Positions 9,089 through 16,141 of a DNA stretch of 20,079 bases are shown in pieces; position 1 is the first letter of the stretch, and the number at the start of each line of letters is the position of its first letter. Position numbers and translations under genes: made by a program. The stretch comes from an uncultured bacterium (GTDB lineage Bacteria; Krumholzibacteriota; Krumholzibacteriia; Krumholzibacteriales; Krumholzibacteriaceae). The DNA lies in contig CBDUYR010000050.1 in NCBI GenBank assembly GCA_965371515.1, positions 1-20,079 of the forward strand, given 5' to 3'. A model generated the notes under the pieces. The model saw only the letters and a program-made list of their open reading frames with translations, ran no database searches and was not told the DNA's origin.

Positions 9089-9117
9089 TTGATTTCGGCG
9101 TCACGAAATTGTAAATT
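9089..9117 (+). promoter_or_regulatory. Putative promoter of the FmdB-like gene, with an internal palindrome
   Basis: TTGATT (9089-9094), 17 nt, TAAATT (9112-9117). ATTTCG-N6-CGAAAT palindrome at 9092-9109. Confidence 0.4.
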
Positions 9118-9165
9118 ATCCTGACCGGACAACAGCGGACGGACATTGAAATACAGGAGCAGACG

Positions 9166-9438
9166 ATGCCGACATATACCTACGAATGTGAAAAGTGCTC
9201 TCATATATTCGAAATAGACCAGAAGATAACTGATCCTCCGCGCAAGCGCTGTCCCGAGTGCCGCGGAAAGGTGTTCCGCGTAATCCACGCGGTGGGCCAC
9301 ATCCTCAAGGGATCGGGATTTTACCGGACCGACTACCGCAGCGACGATTACGCGAAGAGTAAACTCGCCGAGGAAAAACCGGCAGTGGCCCCGCCGAAGT
9401 GCAGCGGCTGCGGGAGTAAGAAGGACTGCGAAGCTTGA
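9166..9438 (+). CDS. FmdB-family zinc-ribbon protein
   Basis: 'MPTYTYECEKCSHIFE...CPECRG...ILKGSGFYRTDY' and a C-terminal CSGC..C tail. SD AGGAG upstream. Confidence 0.9.
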   Translation: MPTYTYECEKCSHIFEIDQKITDPPRKRCPECRGKVFRVIHAVGHILKGSGFYRTDYRSDDYAKSKLAEEKPAVAPPKCSGCGSKKDCEA

Positions 9439-9463
9439 GACGTCCGCCAAACCCGGAAAAATC

Positions 9464-9495
9464 AAGAGCCTCCCCCGGGATGGGGAGGCTCTTTT
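9464..9495. terminator. Bidirectional intrinsic terminator between the convergent FmdB and lat genes
   Basis: Perfect 12-bp stem AAGAGCCTCCCC/GGGGAGGCTCTT with a 6-nt loop, T-run on the right, A-run on the left. Confidence 0.85.
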
Positions 9496-9538
9496 GCTAT
9501 GCATATTCCCGTATGAGAACCCGGGATATCATGATGGC

Positions 9539-10870
9539 CTACTTTTTCGACTCGGCGATCGCCACGTCGAGGATTTCAGCGGCCTTCTCGATCTCATCGG
9601 TTGTGACGTTCAGGGGCGGGCGGAACCTGATCGTCTTCGGACCGCACTTCAGCACAATAAGACCTTTATTCATCGCCGTCGTAACGATGGCATCCCTGCT
9701 TGCCGAATCGGGAAGGTCGAAGGCGCAGAAGAGTCCCAGGCCGCGCACGTTGCTGATGAATCCAGGGTACTTCTTCTCGAATCCCTTGAGGGTATCCCGA
9801 AGAATTGTTCCCATCTTCGCGGCGTTCTCTACGAGGTTCTCGTCCTCGATCACCTCGAGGATCCTCTTGGCGCGGAACATGTCGACGAGGTTGCCGCCCC
9901 AGGTCGAGTTGATCCTGCTTGACACCTTGAACACGCTGTCGACCTCGTTGAGACGCTCGCTCGCCATGATTCCGCACACCTGCGTCTTCTTGCCGAAGCA
10001 GAGGATGTCGGGCTCGACTCCGTAGTTCTCGTGCGCCCACATCTTTCCGGTGATGCCAAGTCCTGTCTGAACCTCGTCGAAAATAAGGATGATATCGTTA
10101 TCGTCGGCGATCCGACGGAGTGCCTGGAAGAACTCCGTGCGGAAGTGATTGTCGCCGCCCTCGCCCTGGACAGGTTCGAGGATAATGGCAGCGATGTCGT
10201 CGCCGTCATCGGCGATCGCCTTTTCGATAGATTCGATCGCCCGCTTCTCGGCGGCCACGATCTCATCGAGATGGTCCTCGACGGGGAAGGTCACCTTGGG
10301 ATTCTCGATCCTCGGCCAGTCGAACTTGGGATAGAGGTCAACCTTGGCCGGATCGGTGTTGGTCAGCGACATCGTGTATCCGGTGCGACCGTGGAAAGCC
10401 TCTCGGAAATGGATCGCCTTCTGGCCCTTCTCCCCCTTGAGACCCTTCGCCAGGTTCTTCTTGACCTTCCAGTCGAAGGCAGCCTTCAACGCGTTTTCGA
10501 CGGCGAGGGCGCCGCCGCTTATGAAGAAGAGGTTGGGAAGGTTCTTCGGCACTGCGATGCGTGCGAAGGTCGCCACGAACTCGGCCATCTCCGTCGTGTA
10601 GAGATCGGAGTTAGAGACCTTGTTCACCGCTACACGACCGAGCTTCGCGAGAAATTCATCGCTGGTCAGCGACGGGTGGTTGTACCCGAGGGCGCTGGAA
10701 GCAAAGAAAGTGAAGAAATCGAGATATTCCGTATCAGTCACCGAATCGTACATCCAGCTGCCGTGGCTCTTCTCGAGATCGAGGACGAAAGGAAATCCGT
10801 CGACAAGCATGCTCTTCTCGAGAGTCTTGTGGACATCGCCCGGGGCTACAGTGATACCTTTTCCGCTCAT
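9539..10870 (-). CDS. lat: L-lysine 6-transaminase (class III PLP aminotransferase)
   Basis: Motifs 'YLDFFTFFASSALGYNHP', 'NKVSNSDLYT', 'FFISGGALAVENALKAAFDWK', 'FHGRTGYTMSLTNTDP', 'EPVQGEGGD', 'FDEVQTG', 'FGKKTQVCG', 'SRINSTWGGN'. Confidence 0.92.
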   Translation of the reverse strand: MSGKGITVAPGDVHKTLEKSMLVDGFPFVLDLEKSHGSWMYDSVTDTEYLDFFTFFASSALGYNHPSLTSDEFLAKLGRVAVNKVSNSDLYTTEMAEFVATFARIAVPKNLPNLFFISGGALAVENALKAAFDWKVKKNLAKGLKGEKGQKAIHFREAFHGRTGYTMSLTNTDPAKVDLYPKFDWPRIENPKVTFPVEDHLDEIVAAEKRAIESIEKAIADDGDDIAAIILEPVQGEGGDNHFRTEFFQALRRIADDNDIILIFDEVQTGLGITGKMWAHENYGVEPDILCFGKKTQVCGIMASERLNEVDSVFKVSSRINSTWGGNLVDMFRAKRILEVIEDENLVENAAKMGTILRDTLKGFEKKYPGFISNVRGLGLFCAFDLPDSASRDAIVTTAMNKGLIVLKCGPKTIRFRPPLNVTTDEIEKAAEILDVAIAESKK

Positions 10871-10949
10871 TGAACACCTCTCTTGGACAAGTTGTTCTAT
10901 TACAACTAATTAAACAGATATAAACCCGAGCGTAATGCCAGGTTGAATA

Positions 10950-10978
10950 AATATATCAGATTTACCGGATTAGTCCAA
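10950..10978 (-). promoter_or_regulatory. Sigma70 promoter of lat
   Basis: Minus strand TTGGAC (10978-10973), 17 nt, TATATT (10955-10950), with a TGn extended -10. Confidence 0.6.
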
Positions 10979-10983
10979 CCTTA

Positions 10984-11185
10984 AAAGTGGGGCAAAGAAC
11001 GGGGGACCTGGTCCCGGCTACTCCAAACCGGAGCGGCTGTGGCGCCGTGAAGATCGTCTCCCCACGCAGCGCCCTCTTCAGCCGGGACCCGTCCCCCCCC
11101 TACCGTTCGGAGAAAGTGGCAAGGGATCTTCGACCCCTCGCCCTTTCCCGGGTGAGGTGCGTCACCCGCTTCACTCTCCCGCGAA
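10984..11185 (-). ncRNA. Unidentified highly structured RNA element (about 200 nt)
   Basis: At least six stems, for example 11010-11019/11080-11089 (perfect 10 bp), 11149-11155/11162-11168 and 11118-11128/11132-11142. The non-Watson-Crick positions are G-U pairs on the minus strand. No credible ORF. Confidence 0.55.
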
Positions 11186-11204
11186 CCCTGTCTATGCAAA
11201 TACC

Positions 11205-11558
11205 CTAATGCCTGGGATTCCGAACCTTCCTCTTCTTCCACTGGTTCATCCGTTCCCGTTTGTCTTCGGGGAAAAATTTCCTCGTCCTGACGAGCTTCTG
11301 ATCCTCGTCGAAGATGAACTCTCGTCCCGCCTCGTAAAAGGTCCAGTGCTCGTGAGTCTCGCCGATCCCCCGCACACGGATCCGGTGGATGGGATATCCA
11401 TATTCTTTGTAGATCTTCAGCGCATCGCTGTGCAGATAAAGAACAAGCCCCTGTCTCCGGCAGTATCTGCGTCCCCTTTTTCCGCGATAGATACTCGCGT
11501 CGGCGCTGCCGGCTACAAGAACCACAAGCAGTACTACCAGGGCAAGTCGTTTCAACAT
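11205..11558 (-). CDS. Small secreted basic hypothetical protein
   Basis: Signal peptide MLKRLALVVLLVVLVAGSADA. GGGAG SD 8 nt before ATG 11558. The 'YGYP...EHWTFY...FIFDEDQKLV' pattern is reminiscent of SmpA/OmlA-like folds. Confidence 0.7.
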   Translation of the reverse strand: MLKRLALVVLLVVLVAGSADASIYRGKRGRRYCRRQGLVLYLHSDALKIYKEYGYPIHRIRVRGIGETHEHWTFYEAGREFIFDEDQKLVRTRKFFPEDKRERMNQWKKRKVRNPRH

Positions 11559-11601
11559 CGCTGTCACTCCCTTTCGATGTCATTCCAAAGTTGCTGTACA
11601 C

Positions 11602-11649
11602 TTGACCCTGCTGTGACTTATTATACCATATCGTTGCTTGACGTTTCAA
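11602..11649. promoter_or_regulatory. Overlapping divergent promoters
   Basis: Minus strand: TTGAAA (11649-11644), 18 nt, TATAAT (11625-11620) with TGn. Plus strand: TTGACC (11602-11607), 16 nt, TACCAT (11624-11629). Confidence 0.6.
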
Positions 11650-11682
11650 GCCCCTCCACGTATTCCGGAAGGATTTCTTCCA

Positions 11683-12627
11683 GTGCCTCATGATTCCTCG
11701 AAAAGCGGTCTGCCTGTCTGGGCTGTAAGGCTAATGATGATAGGCCTTTTCGTCATCTGGTCAAATGCCTTTACCGCTATAAAGCACCTCAGGGAGGTTT
11801 TCGGGCCTATGGAGCTCGTCCTGGCTAGATTCCTCCCCGTCCTCGTCGTAAGCATCATCTGCCTCATGTCGCGCCGGCCTGTCAGGGAAGAAACGTTCGA
11901 GACGATAAAAGCGGCTCCGCTGAAGCTGATCGGGATGGGGATATTCGGGGTGACCGGCTACAACTACTTCATCTATCTCGGCCAGAGCGAGATCAAACCG
12001 GGCGCTGCCGCGCTGGTAACCACGCTGGCGCCGCTGTTTACACTGATCCTCGCAATCCTGTTCCTGAAGGAAAAGGTAGTGCTGAGGCGGATTGCCGGTA
12101 TGCTCATTGCCTTCACCGGCCTTTTCATAGTATTGAGATTGGGACGTGTCGGAATGGGCAGGATCACGGGCATGGAGAACGCCGACGTGAAATACATGCT
12201 GCTTGCATCCCTCGCCCCGCTGAGCTGGTCTTTCTACACGATCCTCGGCAAAGACCTCCTCTCGAGCAGGTCCCCCGCGGTCGTGACCTGCCTGCCCATG
12301 GTGATCGGTACGATACCGCTCCTCTTTTTTGCGACGCCGGAATTTTTCGGGAAGATGTCCTCGATGGAACCCTCGCACTGGTTCGCACTCGCCTACCTCA
12401 GCTTCGCCAGTACGCTGCTGGGATTTTTCGTCTGGAATCTGGCGCTGCGAAACCTCCCGGCCTCCTCGGTCGCATCATTCATATACCTCAACCCGCCGTT
12501 CGCCGCCTTTTTCGGCTGGCTCCTCTTCGGCGAGGAGGTGACCCTCTGGTTCCTCGCCGGAAGCGCAGTCGTTCTGGCCGGTCTATGGCTTGCTCAGAAG
12601 AGACCGGGGCCCAGCGCGAAGGCATGA
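11683..12627 (+). CDS. EamA/DMT-family transporter
   Basis: Two EamA repeats with about 10 TMs: 'IWSNAFTAIK', 'LVLARF', 'AALVTTLAPLFTLILAILFLKEKV', 'SFIYLNPPFAAFFGWLLFGE'. Start probably GTG 11683 after GGAAGGA; the ORF is open from 11638. Confidence 0.88.
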   Translation: MPHDSSKSGLPVWAVRLMMIGLFVIWSNAFTAIKHLREVFGPMELVLARFLPVLVVSIICLMSRRPVREETFETIKAAPLKLIGMGIFGVTGYNYFIYLGQSEIKPGAAALVTTLAPLFTLILAILFLKEKVVLRRIAGMLIAFTGLFIVLRLGRVGMGRITGMENADVKYMLLASLAPLSWSFYTILGKDLLSSRSPAVVTCLPMVIGTIPLLFFATPEFFGKMSSMEPSHWFALAYLSFASTLLGFFVWNLALRNLPASSVASFIYLNPPFAAFFGWLLFGEEVTLWFLAGSAVVLAGLWLAQKRPGPSAKA

Positions 12628-12715
12628 AAAAATCTTGCGGCGTTTTCCCTATATACTGTACCGTCTCTCCTGATGCGCTCTGCACAGACCACTGGATCAT
12701 CGAGGGAGGTAAGAA

Positions 12716-14062
12716 TTGTCATCGAGTCCGTCTGAAAGGGGAGAATGGAGCTCGAAGACAGGCTTCATCCTCGCCGCTGCCGGTTCGGCCATAGGGCTGG
12801 GCAATATCTGGAGATTTCCCTACACGGCGGGAGAGAACGGAGGCGCGGCCTTTCTCTTCCTCTACCTTCTCTGCATACTCTTTATCGGCCTTCCCGTAAT
12901 GATCGCCGAACTATCGATAGGAAGGCACACGAGGAAAGACCCTGTCGGCGCCTTCGACGCTATCAGGCCGGGAAGCGCCTGGCGTCTCGTCGGATTCATG
13001 GGCGTCTTAACAGGGCTGTGCATCCTCGCGTACTACTGCGTCATCGCCGGGGTCACCGTAGGATACATAGCCAAGACCCTTTCGGGTAACACGACCTCGT
13101 TCACCGATTACACGGCAAACCCGATGGTCACGATTCCCCTGCTGCTCCTCTTCGTCGTCATCACGGTGCTCGTCGTCCAGGGCGGCGTGAGGAACGGCAT
13201 CGAGAGATGGGCGAAGATCCTGATGCCTGTTCTCTTTGTCCTGATGATCGTCCTGATCATACGCTCGGTAACGCTCGAAGGGGCAAGCAGGGGCCTCTCT
13301 TTCTACCTCAAACCTGACTTCAGCAAGATAACCGGCAAGACATTCCTCGCCGCCCTCGGCCAGGCATTCTTCTCACTGAGCCTCGGCATGGGCGCGATGA
13401 TAACCTACGGGAGCTACCTCTCGAAGAGGGATAATATCGTCACATCGGGTATATTAGTCTCGTTCTTCGACACCCTGATCGCCGTCATGGCGGGTCTGCT
13501 CATCTTTCCCGCCCTCTTCTTCGCGGGCAAGAATCCGGACGCCGGCCCCGGCCTCGTTTTCGAGGTCCTTCCGGTGATATTCGCGAAACTGCCCGGCGGG
13601 ACGCTGATCGGCGCGTCCTTTTTCCTCCTTCTCAGTGTAGCGGCGCTCACTTCGACGATCTCGCTCCTTGAGGTCGTCACGGCCTATCTCGTCGACGAGA
13701 AGCATATACTGCGCACAAAGGCCGTATGGATCGTGGCGGCCATCGCCTTCGTATTCGGCCTCCCGTCGGCGCTTTCGATGGGGGCTGTCGAATGGCTGGG
13801 CACCCTTCCCCTGGTCGGGATGAGCTTCTTCGGATTCATGGACTGGCTCTTCGGAAACGTGATGCTTGCCGCCGGCGCTGTTTTCATCTCGATCTTCTTT
13901 GGATGGATATGGAAAAGGGCGAAATCGACGGGCGAAATCGAGCAGGGCTGCCGGGGCTACAGCGCATGGGCGCCGATCATCCTGTTCCTTCTGAGATTCT
14001 TCTGCCCGATTGCAATAGCCATCGTGCTTTTCTTCAAGTTCAGGGAACTCATCGCGGGTTGA
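12716..14062 (+). CDS. Sodium-dependent transporter, NSS/SNF family (LeuT/MhsT-like)
   Basis: 'RGEWSSKTGFILAAAGSAIGLGNIWRFPY..GENGGAAF', 'ALGQAFFSLSLGMGAMITYGSY', 'AALTSTISLLE'. GGAGG SD before a TTG start. Confidence 0.93.
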   Translation: MSSSPSERGEWSSKTGFILAAAGSAIGLGNIWRFPYTAGENGGAAFLFLYLLCILFIGLPVMIAELSIGRHTRKDPVGAFDAIRPGSAWRLVGFMGVLTGLCILAYYCVIAGVTVGYIAKTLSGNTTSFTDYTANPMVTIPLLLLFVVITVLVVQGGVRNGIERWAKILMPVLFVLMIVLIIRSVTLEGASRGLSFYLKPDFSKITGKTFLAALGQAFFSLSLGMGAMITYGSYLSKRDNIVTSGILVSFFDTLIAVMAGLLIFPALFFAGKNPDAGPGLVFEVLPVIFAKLPGGTLIGASFFLLLSVAALTSTISLLEVVTAYLVDEKHILRTKAVWIVAAIAFVFGLPSALSMGAVEWLGTLPLVGMSFFGFMDWLFGNVMLAAGAVFISIFFGWIWKRAKSTGEIEQGCRGYSAWAPIILFLLRFFCPIAIAIVLFFKFRELIAG

Positions 14063-14095
14063 TCCCGCAGAGTACGTTCAGCGAGGGAGCGCTAA

Positions 14096-15808
14096 ATGAA
14101 CAGTGACGCGGTCAAGCAGGTGATCGACTCGGTATACAAGTATATATGGGATTGGCCCGCAGCGCTTCCCTACTTCATAGTGCTCCTGCTCGGCACGGGC
14201 ATCTTCCTGACGACAAGACTCCGGCTGATCCAGCTCCGGAAGATCTCCCACAGCCTCGCGATCATCGCGGGTTACTACGACAATCCGAAGGACAAAGGTG
14301 AGATCAATCATTTCCAGGCCCTCACCGCGGCGCTTTCCGCGACGATAGGCATCGGGAATATTTCGGGAGTGGCGACAGCGATTCACTACGGTGGACCGGG
14401 AGCGCTCTTCTGGATGTGGGTCACGGCAATCCTCGGATGCGCCTCGAAGTACGCCGAATGTACTCTGAGCAACCACTACCGCGAGATCCACGAGGACGAG
14501 ACGGTCTCGGGCGGGCCCATGTACTATATAGAGAAGGGGATGGGAAAGAACTGGAAGTGGCTCGCGATCATCTTCGCCGCCTGTGCGGTTATCTCATCCT
14601 TCGGCAGCGGGAACGCCGTCCAGGCCTTCACCGTCGCAGACTCGTTCAGGAGCGATTTCGGGATCCCCACCTGGATCACAGGGGCCGTGAGCGCCTCCCT
14701 CGTCGCCATGGTGATCATCGGCGGCATCAAACGGATCGGGCGCGTGACAAGCAGGCTCGTGCCCTTCATGTCGATCATCTACTTCATCGGCGCGATAACA
14801 GTCCTGTTTATCAACGCCCCGAGAATACCGGCCGCGATCATGACGATATTCAACGACGCCTTCACCGCCAAGGCAGGGGTCGGAGGATTCTTCGGATCGA
14901 CATTCATGTTCATGATGGTATGGGGAGTCAAGCGGGGGATCTTCTCCAACGAGGCGGGACAGGGAAGCGCACCTATCGCCCACGCCGCGGCCAAGACCGA
15001 CGAACCGGTACGCGAGGGCCTCGTCGCGATGATGGGCCCCTACATCGACACCCTGCTGATATGCACACTGACCGGCCTGTTAATCGTCACCGTCGGTGTA
15101 TGGAACGGGAAGAAGGTCGAGACGATACCGTTCACCAGGCAGTCCGACATCAGGATACTGGTCGGATCGGCCGCTATCGGAGTGAACGGCATTATAGACG
15201 ATTCGGACCACATGACCGGCACATTCACGATCAACCATGGAGAAGCGTTCGGGGTAAGCTTCGTCCGGAACGACAGCTTCGTCGACGACGCGGTTGTACT
15301 GCGCGTAAACGAACCCTTCAACGGGATCTGCGAGATCGGCGACGACGGCACTGTTGTCTTCATGGACGAATCCGGCAGCGCAGTCCCCTCGGCGGAAATA
15401 CAGCTCGCCGGCGCGATGACGCAGAACGGGTCGCCGCTCACCGCGTGGGCTTTCCAGACCGGGCTCGCGCCGATCACGAGTGGCGGTAATTACATCGTGA
15501 CGATCGCAGTATTCCTCTTTGCTATATCAACCGCCATATCATGGTCGTACTACGGCGACAGATCGATAGAGTACCTCTTCGGACGCCGGTTCATCATGCC
15601 GTACAGGATCGCGTTCTGCATCGTTCATTTCCTCGCCACCGTCCTCTCACTCGAGTTGGTGTGGGGATTCGGCGACACTGCGCTCGGGATGATGGCCATC
15701 CCTAACCTCATAGCCCTGTTCGCGCTGTCGGGAGTAGTCAGACGCCTGACAAACGATTATTTTTCGAGGCCGCACAAAAGATACAAGAAGAAACTGTTCG
15801 GGCGATAA
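14096..15808 (+). CDS. Alanine/glycine:cation symporter (AGCS/AlsT family) with a large inserted soluble domain
   Basis: 'FQALTAALSATIGIGNISGVATAI..GGPGALFWMW', 'GGPMYYI', 'GGIKRIG', 'KRGIFSNEAGQGSAPIAHAAA', 'IDTLLICTLT', 'FAISTAISWSYYG', 'MAIPNLIAL'. Confidence 0.93.
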   Translation: MNSDAVKQVIDSVYKYIWDWPAALPYFIVLLLGTGIFLTTRLRLIQLRKISHSLAIIAGYYDNPKDKGEINHFQALTAALSATIGIGNISGVATAIHYGGPGALFWMWVTAILGCASKYAECTLSNHYREIHEDETVSGGPMYYIEKGMGKNWKWLAIIFAACAVISSFGSGNAVQAFTVADSFRSDFGIPTWITGAVSASLVAMVIIGGIKRIGRVTSRLVPFMSIIYFIGAITVLFINAPRIPAAIMTIFNDAFTAKAGVGGFFGSTFMFMMVWGVKRGIFSNEAGQGSAPIAHAAAKTDEPVREGLVAMMGPYIDTLLICTLTGLLIVTVGVWNGKKVETIPFTRQSDIRILVGSAAIGVNGIIDDSDHMTGTFTINHGEAFGVSFVRNDSFVDDAVVLRVNEPFNGICEIGDDGTVVFMDESGSAVPSAEIQLAGAMTQNGSPLTAWAFQTGLAPITSGGNYIVTIAVFLFAISTAISWSYYGDRSIEYLFGRRFIMPYRIAFCIVHFLATVLSLELVWGFGDTALGMMAIPNLIALFALSGVVRRLTNDYFSRPHKRYKKKLFGR

Positions 15809-15909
15809 GAACGCTATGGAAAGGTACACCGTGATTATTGCTGCTCCGCCAGCAACGGCTGACGTTAAGATATCATATAGGTAGTATCAACTATAATTAG
15901 ATACCATCA

Positions 15910-15938
15910 TTGACAAGGCTGCTCATATCGGATATAAT
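15910..15938 (+). promoter_or_regulatory. Perfect consensus sigma70 promoter
   Basis: TTGACA (15910-15915), 17 nt, TATAAT (15933-15938). Confidence 0.85.
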
Positions 15939-15944
15939 TCATAT

Positions 15945-16062
15945 AGAATATCCCTGCTGAATTGGTGAGGTGAATGGTTCTGGCGTAAAAAATCCGCGGG
16001 CTCAACTCATTAAGAGTTTGTTCAGAATGGTTCTCCTCCACGGTTTCGGCGGGGGTTTTTTT
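15945..16062 (+). ncRNA. Candidate small RNA (about 115 nt)
   Basis: Lies between the perfect promoter and a GC-rich hairpin followed by T7. Contains an internal hairpin AACTC-ATTAA-GAGTT and two copies of GAATGGTTCT. No credible + strand gene lies downstream. Confidence 0.55.
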
Positions 16063-16070
16063 GTCTGTTA

Positions 16071-16118
16071 TGATAAAAGGCCCCTTCATCCCAAAATGAA
16101 AAGGCCTTACTTTTATCT
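16071..16118 (-). terminator. Intrinsic terminator-like hairpin downstream of the lipoprotein gene
   Basis: Minus strand AAGGCCTTTTCAT-TTTGGG-ATGAAGGGGCCTT (13 bp including 2 G-U) followed by TTAT. Flanked by an additional GATAAAAG/CTTTTATC inverted repeat. Confidence 0.6.
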
Positions 16119-16141
16119 CATGAACCCTGAAGCGAAGCCGC

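Noticed and set aside
9436..9516. Selenocysteine read-through of the FmdB TGA
   Set aside because: The TGA is not in a Cys-motif position, the downstream hairpin is a typical terminator about 25 nt away rather than a bacterial SECIS, and the extension looks non-coding.
11020..11090. Hammerhead ribozyme suggested by CUGAAGAG (CUGANGA) on the minus strand at a three-stem junction
   Set aside because: The required GAAA after stem II is missing (ACAG instead), and there is no correctly placed NUH cleavage site.
10984..11200. Canonical lysine riboswitch upstream of lat
   Set aside because: Only fragments resemble it (GAAAGG, GUCGAA). There is no AGAGGUGC/AGUA loop-E arrangement and no complementary kissing loops.
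10995..11200. c-di-AMP (ydaO) riboswitch suggested by GAACGGGGGACC and ACTCT..CGAACCC on the + strand
   Set aside because: The GUAGGG and GUCAGCUAAC elements are absent, the next gene is on the opposite strand, and the G-U pairing pattern favours the minus strand.
15838..15855. TTGCTG-N6-CAGCAA hairpin after the AGCS gene as an intrinsic terminator
   Set aside because: The stem is only 6 bp and has no following U-tract, which is too weak to call.
15972..16034. Mini CRISPR array from the GAATGGTTCT repeat
   Set aside because: Only two 10-bp copies, far shorter than CRISPR repeats, and no cas genes in the window.
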